Shown: one piece after another, positions 44,334 through 55,700 of the stretch
Numbering within the stretch: position 1 is the first letter of the stretch
How the letters are laid out: every line of letters begins with the position of its first letter
NCBI GenBank assembly: GCA_963829055.1
Contig: CAWHHI010000006.1
Coordinates: 256,001 to 320,000, forward strand
Origin: an uncultured Gemmatimonadaceae bacterium
GTDB taxonomy: Bacteria; Gemmatimonadota; Gemmatimonadetes; Gemmatimonadales; Gemmatimonadaceae
Direction: 5' to 3'
Length of the DNA: 64,000 nucleotides
The notes under the pieces: generated by a model
The model's database searches: none
What the model saw: the letters and a program-made list of their open reading frames with translations, nothing else
Told to the model about the DNA's origin: nothing
Position numbers and translations under genes: made by a program

Positions 44334-47016
44334 ATGAACCGCCGAGTTGTTAGCGGCGCCGCAGCCCGTGCGTTGGCGCTTTCGCTTCTAGTGTCTGCCG
44401 TTGCTTGTAAGTCCGATACCGATACGCCGTCGGAAGTCTTGACGCCGGCGGCCGTGCGACCCTCCGTGACGATGCCGGCGACTGCGCCTGCCGGCGCGCC
44501 TGCGCCCGTGTTGCCAAGTGTCGTTGTGGAAACGAGCACGGGCGAACCGGTGTCCGGCGTGACCGTCGTGTTCGCCGTCACCGCGGGAGGCGGCACGCTC
44601 ACCGGTGCCACGCCGCTCACGAACGCGTCGGGTGTGGCGACCGTCGGCGGCTGGACGTTAGGCACCGTGGCCGGGACGAATTCCCTGACGGCGACCGTTG
44701 CTGACATCCCGCCCGTCACATTTACCGCGACGGGCGTCGCTGGGCCGGCGGCGAAATTGGCCATCAGTGTACAGCCGGTCGGCGCCGGCACTGGTCAACC
44801 GCTCGCCACGCAACCCGCGGTGGTGGTACAGGACCAGTTCGGCAACACCCTAACGACGGATGCTGGACGCACCGTCACGGCCGCCATCGCCGCGGGCGGT
44901 GACGGAACGCTGAGTGGTACTCCGACCGCTAGCACCGCCGCAGGCATCGCGACCTTCTCGAACCTCACGATTGCCGGCGCGACGAATGCCACGCGTGCCC
45001 TCGTCTTCACGGCGGCCGGGCTCACCTCCGCGACATCCAGCGCCATTAGCCTGTCCCCGGTGTCGGCAGGGCCAACGATCACCGCGATCACGCCCGCGGT
45101 TCTCACGCCGGGCGCAACCGCGACGATTACCGGCACATCGTTTGGCTGCCACGCCAGAGGCAAACGCCGTGACGGTTGACGGCGTCTCGGCGATCGTGAC
45201 CGCTGCTTCCACGACGCAGCTCACTGTGACAGTTCCGGTGAGCGGACTCGCGTGCAAGCCTGTACGCGACATTGCCGTCGTGGTCGCAGCGGGCGGCGCC
45301 TCGGCAACCCGTCAGCACTCGCTTCGCACGGCCACGCCACGGGCGCTCGGCGTTGGGCAGTCGCTCATCCTCGCGAGCGCGGCTGACGTTCCGTGCAACG
45401 AGCTTCCGTCCGGCGGACAGTATGTGGTGAGCGTCTTCAACACGAGCACGAATGGAGCGGCCTCCACCGGCTTCCGTCTACAGGGTGGCCCTCAGGGTTT
45501 CGTCGCCGCGGATGTGGTCGAGCTCGCGCCGTCGCGCCGCCAGACCATCTCGCGTACGGATCTTCCGCACGGCCGCTTCTTCGAGCCATCGCGAGAGGAA
45601 TTCGATCGTCGAGTCGAGCACTTCGCGCATCTCGAGCGGAATCGCGCGGAATACCGGGAGCTCGCGGCACGCAAACGGGCATTCGAGTCGCGCGGGCGGG
45701 GAGCGGCCGTGCCTAACGACGCAGTCACACCATCCCGGAGCACCACGGCGTCGTCACTCCAGCCGTACGCGCCGATCCCCACGACGCTCGGTGCACAGTC
45801 CACCCTCCAGTTCCGGTATCTGGGGGCCGCCGAGACGCGCACCGTCACCACGGTGTACGTGGGGACCCGCGTCATCATCGTCGAAGATGTGGCGTCGCCA
45901 CTCGCGGGGACGCTGGCGACATTCTACCAGGAGATCGGAGCCGATTTCGATAGCCGGATGTACGACATCCTGCGGGCGAACTTTGGCGACCCGCTCGCCA
46001 GTGACGCTCGCCTCCATTCAACAGGGCGCGTCGTCCTCTTCTTCACTCCACGCGTGACCGAGCAATCGGTCGCTGGGTTCGTGAGCGCCTGCGACATGTT
46101 CACCACCGCAGAGTGCGCGGCGAGCAATGAGCAGGCGGTCGAGTATCTCTCGACCCCTCTCCCGAGCTGGACCCCGGCGAACGTGACGTTCTGGAAATCG
46201 TACATGCACGCCGTCATTCAGCACGAGAGCAAGCACGTCGTCTCACACGCGGAGCGAACCGCGCGGGGCGCGCCCAACTTCGAGGAATCGTGGCTCGAGG
46301 AAGGGTCGGCGGAAATTGCGCTCGAGATGTACTCACGCAACTTCTGCGGGTTCGGCGCCGGAGTCAGAGTGACGTACGCGCAGGTACAGAGCTGCATGAG
46401 TACGAAGCCGTGGACGCCCGATCTCGTCGAGGGCATCGGCTTCCAGCTCTACAACTTCTACCGATCTGTCGAATCACTGAGTCCGATCGTCGGCAACGTG
46501 GTCGTGAACGGCGTGCTCCAACCGTTCAACTACGAGAGCGCCTGGTCACTGGTGCGGTGGACCGCAGGTACCTATGGCGGATCGGACGCGGCATTCTTCA
46601 AGGGGTTGGTGCAGGAGACCGCGCTCACTGGAGTCCCCAACTTGCTCGCCCATTCGGGCCAGCCGCTTACCACGCTCCTCGGCGAATGGTCGCTGATGCT
46701 CGATGTCGACGATCGGCCGGGGTTCACGCCCGCGAGCTCGCACCTCACGTTCCCGAACATCAGGACGCGCGATTTCCTCGCCGGTGTTCGGACCGCGTAT
46801 CAACTGACGACTCCGGCGTTCCCGCTGCCTGTACGTTCCGCGCCCGCGGGCTCCAGCTTCAGCACCGACGTTCCCGGCATCGCCGCCGGTACGACGAGCA
46901 TCTTCGAGCTCGGCGGCGCGGGCGCGACGACGCAGATCATCGAGCTGCGCGACACCGGTGGCGGAGTTCTGCCCTCCGGCTCGCCGCTCCGCCTGAGCCT
47001 CGTGCGGCTGCAGTGA
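44334..47016 (+). CDS. lipoprotein with Ig-like (Big-1, IPT/TIG) domains and a zincin metallopeptidase domain (frameshift near 45145)
   Basis: AVAC lipobox; TNASGVATVGGWTLG; PGATATITGTSF; HESKH...WLEEGSAE. Confidence 0.8.
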
Positions 47017-47021
47017 GGCGC

Positions 47022-47570
47022 GTGCAGACATCTCGCGCGCTTGGGCGCCGGCGTGGGGTCGGTGGGGTCGTGGCGATCGCGCTACTCGTCGTCGTGGGGG
47101 CCTGCGCTCGTCGCGCGGCGCATGATCCGCCGGCGGCCGACGTCACGGGCTCCGTCACAGGCTCCGTGACGCTCCAGCGCACGGGCTGCTTTGGCCGTTG
47201 CCCCGAGTATTCGGTGCGTGTCGGCTCGGATGGCGGTGTTCGCTTCATTGGGCGAAGCAACGTCGCCGTACCTAACGAGTCGACGGCGAGCGTGCCGGCT
47301 GCTGACGCGCAGCGGCTCCTCGAGCAGTTCGCGGATGCCGGGTTTTTTACGCTCGACTCCACATATGTCGCGGGCAAGCCGACGTGCCGCTTTCACGCGA
47401 CCGACCTGCCGTCGGCCATGCTCGATGTCACGATAGGCGCGCGCTCGCATCGCGTGCTCTGGGACACGGGCTGCAGCGACGCGCCAGCGGCGCTCGGGCA
47501 GCTTGCCAATCGCGTCGATTCCGTCGCGGTAACGGCGCGCTGGATTGGCTCGACGCCGCGGTCGCCGTAG
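47022..47570 (+). CDS. DUF6438-like lipoprotein
   Basis: VGAC lipobox; LQRTGCFGRCPEYSVRV..DG.V.F.G; TDLP. Confidence 0.7.
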   Translation: MQTSRALGRRRGVGGVVAIALLVVVGACARRAAHDPPAADVTGSVTGSVTLQRTGCFGRCPEYSVRVGSDGGVRFIGRSNVAVPNESTASVPAADAQRLLEQFADAGFFTLDSTYVAGKPTCRFHATDLPSAMLDVTIGARSHRVLWDTGCSDAPAALGQLANRVDSVAVTARWIGSTPRSP

Positions 47571-47573
47571 GGT

Positions 47574-47729
47574 GTCATTCCGAGCGAGCGACAGCCGGGT
47601 GCCCACGCAGTGGGCGCATGAGGAATCGAGACTATACAAGGTAGAGGGCCCTCTATCGGGACGATCGCGATTCCTCGACTGCGGCCCTTCGGGCCTCCGC
47701 TCGGAATGACATAGTCCGCTCGGAATGAC
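47574..47729. repeat. family A repeat, copy 6 (extra right terminus)
   Basis: 3 nt after TAG; same termini and core. Confidence 0.9.
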
Positions 47730-47795
47730 AACCGGGGGCTCGCGATGGGGTGGCCCCGCGTTCATCTTGCGGGCCGCTCCGCCAACACGCCGCCG

Positions 47796-49023
47796 ATGAA
47801 CACGCCGCCCTCCGCTCCCGACACCACCGCTGATCCTCACGCCGCTGAACGCGCGCGACGATGGCGTCTCGTGCTCGGGTCGGATGCCCAGGCATCGACG
47901 GGCGTCTCGCTCACCGGGGCGGACGCGGGTATGGATCAGGCGCTGCAGGCGCTGTACGGCGGCGGTGGAGGTGACGCCAACGGCTCGCGCTCCAACGATC
48001 GTCGCGGCGGTCTCGGCAGCTCGGCGCCGTCCGTCGCGCGCTGGCTCGGCGACATTCGAGAGTATTTCCCGTCATCGGTCGTGCGCGTGATGCAGCGCGA
48101 TGCGCTCGAGCGACTCGACCTCAAGCGCATGCTGCTCGAGCCCGAGATGCTCGAGGCCGTCGAGCCCGACGTCCACCTCGTGTCGACGCTCATCGCCCTC
48201 AAGAGCGTCATCCCGAACAAGACGCGTGACACCGCGCGCCTCGTCGTGCGGCGGGTCGTCGAGCAGATCCAGCGACGGCTCGCCAACGCGACTCGTCAGG
48301 CCATCACCGGCGCGCTCAATCGCTCGGCGCGCACCACTCGTCCCAGGTACGCCGAGATAGACTGGCACCGGACCATCCGCGCGAACCTCAAGCACTACCA
48401 GCCGCAATACCGAACCATCATTCCGGAAACGCGAATCGGGTTCGGTCGCAAACGCAATTCGCTTCGCGACATCGTCCTCTGCGTCGATCAGAGCGGCTCG
48501 ATGGCCGCGTCCGTGGTCTACGCGAGCGTGTTCGCCGCGGTGCTCGCGTCGCTTCCGGCCGTGTCGACGCGGTTCGTCGTCTTCGATACGGCGGTCGTGG
48601 ACCTGACGGACGACATGGACGATCCGGTGGAGCTGCTGTTCGGTACGCAGCTGGGCGGAGGCACGGACATCAACCGCGCGCTGACGTACTGCGAGTCGGT
48701 CGTTAGGCGTCCCGTCCGAGACGGTGCTCGTGCTGATCAGCGATCTGTACGAGGGCGGTCATCGCGACGAGATGCTGAAGCGTGTCGCGTCGCTGGCGGC
48801 GTCCGGCGTGCGCATGGTGGCGCTGCTCGCGCTCAGCGATCAGGGCGCTCCGTCGTTCGACCACGGGAACGCCGCGGCCTTCGCCAGCCTTGGCGTCCCC
48901 GCGTTCGCGTGCACGCCCGATCTGTTCCCCGATCTCATGGCGGCCGCGATCAGCCGGCAGGATATGGGGCAGTGGGCCTCGAAGCAGGGCATCGCGGCTG
49001 GCGGTGGGGCCGCCACGCGGTGA
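47796..49023 (+). CDS. VWA (CoxE/YehP-like) protein (frameshift near 48715)
   Basis: RRWRLVLG; DQSGSM MIDAS; GGGTDI; ISDLYEG; ACTP. Confidence 0.85.
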
Positions 49024-50408
49024 AGTGGACGACGGAGAGCGTGCTGGCGCTCGCCCCCGACCCGGCGTCCGCGAAAGCGGGACGCGATCTCGCCACGCGC
49101 CGGAAGTGGGCGTCGTTAGGCTCCGGTCAGGGCGCGGACGACGCAGTGGTGCTGTGGGGCGCGTGTCAGGGCAGCGGCAAGGACCCGTACCTCACGCGCG
49201 TGGACACGGGCGAGCCGGCCTTCAAGTGCAGCTGCCCGAGCCGCAAGTTCCCGTGCAAGCACGCGTTAGGCCTGTTTCTGATCTTCGTCCAGGCGCCCAG
49301 CGAGCTCGCCGCCGGGAAACCGCCCGATTGGGTGACCGAGTGGGTCGAGAGCCGAGCGACGCGTGCGGCCAGGCGATCGGAGCGTGAAGCGCGAACGTCG
49401 GAGGTGACCGCAGCCGCCGATGACCCCAATGACGCCACACAGCGAGAGAAGGCAGCGAAGCAGACAGCCGCACGCGCGGCCGAGCGGGAGCGGCGCGTCG
49501 CGACCGGCGTGGCGGAGCTCGGGCTCTGGCTGCGCGACCTCGTTCGTCAGGGACTGAGCGCCGCCGCGGCGCGGCCCGCGTCGAGCTGGGAGACCATGGC
49601 CGCGCGCCTCGTGGACGCGCAGGCGCCAGGCGCGGCGAGACTCGTCAGGCAGATGGCGACGATACCGGCCAGCGGTGAAGGGTGGCCCGACCGACTGCTC
49701 GATCGAATGGCGCGGCTGCATCTCCTGCTCGAGGGCTACGGTCGCATTGACACGCTTCCGCCGGACCTCGCCGCCGACGTGCGCGCGGGGCTCGGATGGA
49801 CGACGACGCAGGAAGCGCTGCTCGAGCTCGACGGTGTGCGTGACCAGTGGGGCGTCGTCGGTCGCAGAGTGACGGAGGAAGACCGACTTCGCGTGCAGCG
49901 CACGTGGTTGTGGGGACGAGAGACCGGTCGCGCCGCGCTGCTCCTCCACTTCGCGCCCGTCGGAGCCACACGGACTGAGAGCAAACCCATCGACGCGACC
50001 TTCGTCCCCGGCACGGCGTTCGAGGGTACGCTCGTGTTCTTCCCGAGTGCGGCTCCGCTGCGCGCGATCGTGAAGGAGCGCGAGCGCGCGGTCACGTGGA
50101 CGACGGACCTCGGATATGCGAGCCTCTCCGACGCGGTCGCGGCCGCGTCGAACGCGGAGGCACGCATGCCCTGGACAGAGCAGCATCCGATGCTGCTGCG
50201 CGATGCGCTACCGGCAACCGCCACGTCGCCCTGGCGAGTGAGAGACGCGGACGGTCGCTGGCTTCGGGTCTCCGAGCGCTTTCGCGACCGGTGGCGTCTG
50301 CTCGCGGTGAGCGGAGGCGCGGCGGTCTCGCTGTTCGGCGAGTGGGACGGTGAGTCGCTCTTGCCGCTCACCGTGTGGGGAGACAGTGGTGCCATCGCGC
50401 TGCTGTAA
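49020..50408 (+). CDS. SWIM zinc-finger protein (YehQ-like)
   Basis: GTGA overlap; CQGSGKDPY; CSCPSRKFPCKH; RLVDAQAPG; FGEWDG. Confidence 0.85.
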   Translation: MKWTTESVLALAPDPASAKAGRDLATRRKWASLGSGQGADDAVVLWGACQGSGKDPYLTRVDTGEPAFKCSCPSRKFPCKHALGLFLIFVQAPSELAAGKPPDWVTEWVESRATRAARRSEREARTSEVTAAADDPNDATQREKAAKQTAARAAERERRVATGVAELGLWLRDLVRQGLSAAAARPASSWETMAARLVDAQAPGAARLVRQMATIPASGEGWPDRLLDRMARLHLLLEGYGRIDTLPPDLAADVRAGLGWTTTQEALLELDGVRDQWGVVGRRVTEEDRLRVQRTWLWGRETGRAALLLHFAPVGATRTESKPIDATFVPGTAFEGTLVFFPSAAPLRAIVKERERAVTWTTDLGYASLSDAVAAASNAEARMPWTEQHPMLLRDALPATATSPWRVRDADGRWLRVSERFRDRWRLLAVSGGAAVSLFGEWDGESLLPLTVWGDSGAIALL

Positions 50409-50429
50409 CCGACACGCCATGCGAGCCCG

Positions 50430-52026
50430 ATGACTCTCGCGCAACCGGACCTCGCCGTCTGGCCCACGGCGGTGAACGCCGCATTGCTCGGCATCGACCG
50501 CGCGGGGCTGACGCTTCCGTCAGGCGACGGATCGTTAGGCTCGGCCTGCACGCAACTTGCCGGTGTCGAGACTGACCCCTCGGCGGCGTTGTTGCGTGTG
50601 GCCGCCGCGGCGAGTGTGTATCGGCGCTGCGGGTGGATTCCCGTGCGCACCGACGAAGCACCGCCGGCGGCCTGTCCCCCCGACGCCCGCGTGATGTGCC
50701 CGCCGGCCGCGGCGGGGCTGCTGCGGCGCATCCTGCAAGGCGAGCACGCCTCGCTCGTTGGCGAATGGCTCACGCTGGCTGCACGCCACTCCATGAGAGT
50801 GCCGGCCGATACGCTCCCCGAGCTGCTCGACCGAGCCCTGCGCGACTCGCGGCTTCGGTCACCAGTCATCACCGTCGCTGGGACACGCGCAACCTGGCTG
50901 GCCGCGCACAACCCTGATTGGTCGTTCGCGATCGCTGGCGCGAGTGCCGACGCGTTGGCGGAGCTCTGGGAGCAGTCTGCGGACGGCCGAACGCGGCTCG
51001 CGGCGCTGCAGCAGCTCCGCGTTCTCGACCCCGAGCGTGCGCGCTCGGCACTGGAGAAGTCGTGGGCAGAGGAGAGTCCAGCCGAACGCGGCGCGTTCGT
51101 CGGCGCGCTCGTCCACGGGTTGAGCCCCGCGGACGAACCATTTCTCGAGCGCGCGCTCGATGATCGACGCAAGGAGGTACGGCAGAACGCGGCCGCCCTG
51201 CTCGCCCGACTGCCGGCGTCCGCGCTGGTGGCGCGCATGGCGGCGCGGGCCAAGGCGCTGGTCTCGTTAGGCCGATCGGGGCTGCTCAAGCGGCTGCGGG
51301 TCGACGTCACGCTGCCGGCAGCTGCCGACGACGCGCTCGTTCGCGACGGCGTCGAAGCCAAGCCGCCCGTCGGGATCGGCTGAGCGCGCGTGGTGGCTCG
51401 CGCAGATCCTCGCGGCGGTGCCGCCATCCACGTGGACCCTCGGCGGGTCGGTCGACGCCAAGGCCGTGCTGGGCGCTGTGGACGGCCACGAATGGCGTGA
51501 GCCGCTCGTCGCCGGCTGGCTCATCGCGACCGAGCGACACCGTGACGCGACGTGGGCGGAGGCGCTGTGGGCACATGACCGCGTCGCTCGCATCGACCCG
51601 AAGTGGGGCGCGCCGCAGCTGGAGCGCGTGTTCACGACCATCGTCCCCGCCGACCGCGTCGACGCCGAGCTCCGCAAATCGATCGGTGCGGGACGTGATG
51701 TACTTCGCGGAAATCACCCGGTGCTTTCCGCGATTCTCGGATGGCCTAACGAGTGGAGCGACCCGCTCGCGCGATCGGTCGCGTATCGTATCAAGGAGTA
51801 TGCGTCCGAGCGGGTGCCACTCACCAGCGAGTACGGCGTGCGCGCGCTGCTCGAGCGCAGCGGCCACGCTGTACCGATATCCGCGACCGGCGCGTTCATC
51901 GACGGTTGGCCCGAGCAGGATTCCGACGCATGGCGGACGTGGGCACCCGCCATCGACGCGCTCGCGTCAGTGCTCCGGTTTCGCAACGATCTTCACCTCG
52001 CGTTCAACGAGGCACCAGCAACATGA
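50430..52026 (+). CDS. DUF5691-like helical protein (frameshift near 51380)
   Basis: AALLG; WLAAHNPDW; DEPFLERALDDRRKEVR; WWLAQIL...PPS.W. Confidence 0.75.
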
Positions 52027-52033
52027 CCGCAAC

Positions 52034-53152
52034 ATGACCGCGTCCTCCGCGCCATCGGCGCCAGCATCGAATGGCCTCGCGATCCTGCGCGCCCATGCCG
52101 AACAACAGTTCGCCGATGAGCTGGACGCTCTCATCCGATCGGACACGCGCCCGCGCCCGCCGAGCTGGCGGATGTCACCCTGGGCGGTCGCGACGTATCT
52201 GCTCGGTGGTCGCACGGACGACGGCACCGAGATCACACCCAAGTACATCGGCAGTCGTCGCCTGATGGAGATCGCGATCGCCACACTCGCGACCGACCGC
52301 GCACTCCTGCTGCTCGGCGTACCTGGTACGGCCAAGACATGGGTGGCGGAGCATCTCGCGGCGGCGATCTCCGGTGACTCGACGCTGTTGGTGCAGGGGA
52401 CGGCCGGCACGAGCGAGGAGTCAGTGCGCTACGGATGGAACTACGCGCGTCTCCTCGCTGATGGTCCATCGCGCGCCGCGCTCGTGACGAGTCCGATCAT
52501 GCGCGCCATGGCGGAAGGACGCATCGCGCGCGTCGAGGAGCTCACGCGCATTCCGGCGGACGTGCAGGACGCACTCATCACGATTCTCTCGGAGAAGTCG
52601 CTGCCCATCCCCGAGCTCGGGCAGGAGGTGCAGGCGGTGAAGGGCTTCAACCTCATCGCGACGGCGAACGACCGCGACAAGGGAGTGAACGAGCTGTCGA
52701 GCGCGCTCAAACGCCGCTTCAACGTCGTCGTGCTTCCCGTTCCGGCGACGATCGACGAGGAAGTGGACATCGTCACGCGTCGCGTAGACGCACTCGGCCG
52801 CGCGCTGGAGCTTCCGGCCGAAGCTCCCGCGGCGGAGGAGATTCGGCGGGTGGTCACGATCTTCCGCGAGCTGCGCGGCGGCGTGACGGAGGATGGCAAG
52901 ACGAAGGTGAAGTCGCCGAGTGGGACGCTGAGCACCGCGGAGGCGATCTCGGTGCTGAACGGCGGCCTCGCACTCGCCGCGCATTTCGGTGACGGCCAAC
53001 TGCGGTCGGGCGACCTCGCCGCGGGCTTGTTAGGCGCCGTGGTGAAGGATCCGGTGCAGGACCGGATCGTGTGGCTCGAGTACCTGGAAGCGGTGGTGAA
53101 GGAGCGTGACGGGTGGAAGGACCTCTACCGCGCCTGTCGCGCAGTGAGCTAG
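52034..53152 (+). CDS. MoxR-family AAA+ ATPase (YehL-like)
   Basis: GVPGTAKT Walker A, RVEELTR, TANDRDKGVNELSSALKRRFN. Confidence 0.9.
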   Translation: MTASSAPSAPASNGLAILRAHAEQQFADELDALIRSDTRPRPPSWRMSPWAVATYLLGGRTDDGTEITPKYIGSRRLMEIAIATLATDRALLLLGVPGTAKTWVAEHLAAAISGDSTLLVQGTAGTSEESVRYGWNYARLLADGPSRAALVTSPIMRAMAEGRIARVEELTRIPADVQDALITILSEKSLPIPELGQEVQAVKGFNLIATANDRDKGVNELSSALKRRFNVVVLPVPATIDEEVDIVTRRVDALGRALELPAEAPAAEEIRRVVTIFRELRGGVTEDGKTKVKSPSGTLSTAEAISVLNGGLALAAHFGDGQLRSGDLAAGLLGAVVKDPVQDRIVWLEYLEAVVKERDGWKDLYRACRAVS

Positions 53153-53189
53153 TGGGCATTCGGCGCGGACGGCGGCATCGCTGGTCGGG

Positions 53190-53306
53190 GATAGCAGGCG
53201 ATTCCGGCCTCATTGCCAGAATTGGCAAATGTGCGTCGCATCTCGCCCGTCACAGTGAGCCTCCGGTTCGCCAATTCTGGCAATACGGCCTGCATCGCCT
53301 GCTATC
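53190..53306. repeat. long imperfect inverted repeat carrying two family B sites
   Basis: GATAGCAGGCGAT..GGCC..ATTGCCAGAATTGGC pairs with GCCAATTCTGGCAAT..GGCC..ATCGCCTGCTATC. Confidence 0.8.
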
Positions 53307-53339
53307 GCGCACTTCGAACACGTAGCCGCTCGTGGCACA

Positions 53340-55587
53340 GTGAGCAAGGCGATGGGTGCGGTGCACCTCTTCGGCATCCGCCACCATGGGCCGGGATCGG
53401 CGCGGAGTCTCGAGCACGCGCTCGCCCGCCTCGCGCCCGATATCGTGCTCATCGAGGGGCCGCCGGAAGCGGACGCGCTCATCCCGCTCGCCGCGGATGC
53501 CGCGATGCGCGCGCCCGTGGCGCTGCTCGTCTATCGCCCGGACGCGCCCAGGCGGGCCGTGTACTACCCGTTCGCCGAGTTCTCGCCCGAGTGGCGGGCA
53601 ATGCGATACGCGATCGGACGAGGAATACCAGCTCGCTTCATCGACCTCCCACAGGCGTATCAGCTGATCGATGAGGCGCTGCCTGACGCGGCGCCGAGCC
53701 GACGCGCCCGTCGCGCCGCGGGTGGTCGCGGACGACCCGTTAGGGTGGCTCGCAGCGGCAGCCGGCTATGACGATGGCGAGCGATTCTGGGAGCACCTCG
53801 TCGAGCATCGCCGGAAAGACGACGAGGCCATCTTCGACGCCGTGGCGTCGGTGATGACCGAGCTTCGCGCCGAGTCGGACGCCCGAAGCCGATGCGTCGC
53901 CAGTGAGGACCGAGCGCGAGAGCGCACATGCGGCGCGGGCCATTCGCAGGCGGCGCGCTGCGCGAAGGCTTTCAGCGCATCGCGGTGGTCTGCGGCGCCT
54001 GGCACGTTCCGGCGTTAGGTACCATGCCACCCGCCGCGCACGACGCGGCCATTCTCAAGGGGCTGCCGAAAGCGAAGGTCGAAGCCACGTGGGTGCCGTG
54101 GACGAACGGTCGCCTGTGCGTCGCCAGCGGCTACGGTGCCGGTATCGAGTCGCCCGGGTGGTATCATCACCTGTGGTCCGCGCCTGATCGCGTGACCGAA
54201 CGCTGGCTCGCGCGCGTGGCGGCGCTGCTGCGCGACGAGGATCTCGATGCGTCGTCCGCTCAGATCATCGACACGGCGCGGCTCGCGGATTCGCTGGCCG
54301 CGTTGCGCGGTCGCTCGCTGGCTGGTCTGTCCGAGCTGATGGAGGCGACGCGCGCCGTTCTCTGTAGCGGCGTCGACGCGCCGCTCGCGCTGATCGGCCG
54401 CAAGCTCGTGGTCGGCGAGACACTGGGTCAGGTCCCGGAAACGGCGCCAATGGTTCCGCTGCACCAGGATCTCATCCGTGAGCAGCGTCGCCTTCGCCTT
54501 CCACCGGAAGCCGTCGAGCGAACGCTCGATCTCGACTTGCGGAAGGACACGGACCTCGCGCGCAGTCAGCTGCTGCATCGCCTAACGCTGCTCGGAGTAC
54601 CGTGGGGACGCGGACAGCGAGCGGCAGGGCAGCGCGGGACGTTCCACGAGCTCTGGCTCGTGCAGTGGCAGCCGGAGCTGTCCGTGTCGCTGATCGAGGC
54701 GGCGGTGTGGGGCAACACCGTCGCCTCGGCGGCGACTGCGCGAGCGTCGGACCTGGCCGACAAGGCCGCCGAGCTGCCTGCGCTCACTGCGTTGCTCGAG
54801 CAGGTCGTGCTCGCCAACGTCGGTGATGTCGTGGGGCGGATCATGGCCCGCCTCCAGGAGGAATCGGCGCGAGCGCCGGACATCGCGCACCTCATGGACG
54901 GTCTGCCGGCGCTCGCCAACGTGCTGCGCTACAGTGACGTCAGGCGAACGGATCTCGGCGTCATCGGCGACGTCGTCGATGGATTCGTGGTGCGGATCTG
55001 TGTCGGCCTGGGTGTCGCCTGCAGTTCACTCGACGATGATGCCGCGGCGGCGATGCGCAGGCGGATCGAGGCGGTACACGGCGCGGTCGCGCTGCTCGCG
55101 CGCGAGGAACACACGGCTGCGTGGCACGCCGCAACAGCAAGGCTCGCGGACTCGGAGCAAGTGCACGGCACCGTCGCTGGACGATGCGCGCGTCTGCTCT
55201 TCGATGCCGGAGCGCTGGGCCCGGCCGACGCCGCCCAGCGTCTTTCGCGAACGCTGTCCGCGGCCGAAGATCCCGCGCGTGCAGCGGCGTGGGTGGAAGG
55301 ATTTCTCGCAGGGAGCGGGCAGTTGCTGTTGCACGACGATGCGCTCTGGCAACTCATCGACGGGTGGCTCGTCGCGTCTTCGCGAGGAGACGTTCGTCGC
55401 TCTGCTCCCGCTGCTGCGCCGGGCCTTCTCGGCCTTTGCTGCGCCTGAGCGACGACAGCTTGGCGACCGTGCTCGCCGGCCGAGCACCACGGATGGCCTA
55501 ACGTCTGGGGATAGCGGCGAGTTCGATCACGTCAGAGCGGAGGCGGGACTCCGTACGGTTCTGACGTTGCTGGGTGTGGACGGGTAG
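53340..55587 (+). CDS. DUF5682 / YehM-like protein (several frameshifts)
   Basis: GIRHHGPGSA, IEGP, PFAEFSPEW, VCGAWH, SGYGAG..SP, TFHELW, WVEGFL. Confidence 0.85.
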
Positions 55588-55700
55588 CCGCGACTTGCCG
55601 GTCCAGCGGCCGGTCGCCAGCTTCTCGAAGCGCGGCGATCCTTGCGCCTCGCGACCGCCTCGGTAGCTTCGCGGTCACCCCACCTCGCGCGGAGCCCCGG

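Noticed and set aside
20968..47729. Family A repeats as CRISPR or tRNA
   Set aside because: They are dispersed, with no repeat-spacer periodicity, no cas genes and no tRNA T/D-loop consensus.
47745..50408. 887-aa VWA-SWIM fusion in the ORF track
   Set aside because: The VWA C-terminus lies in another frame (48724..49023) and ends in a GTGA overlap with the SWIM start, so a frameshift creates the apparent fusion.
49736..51427. 563-aa minus-strand ORF
   Set aside because: Ser/Arg/Ala-rich shadow of the SWIM and DUF5691 genes.
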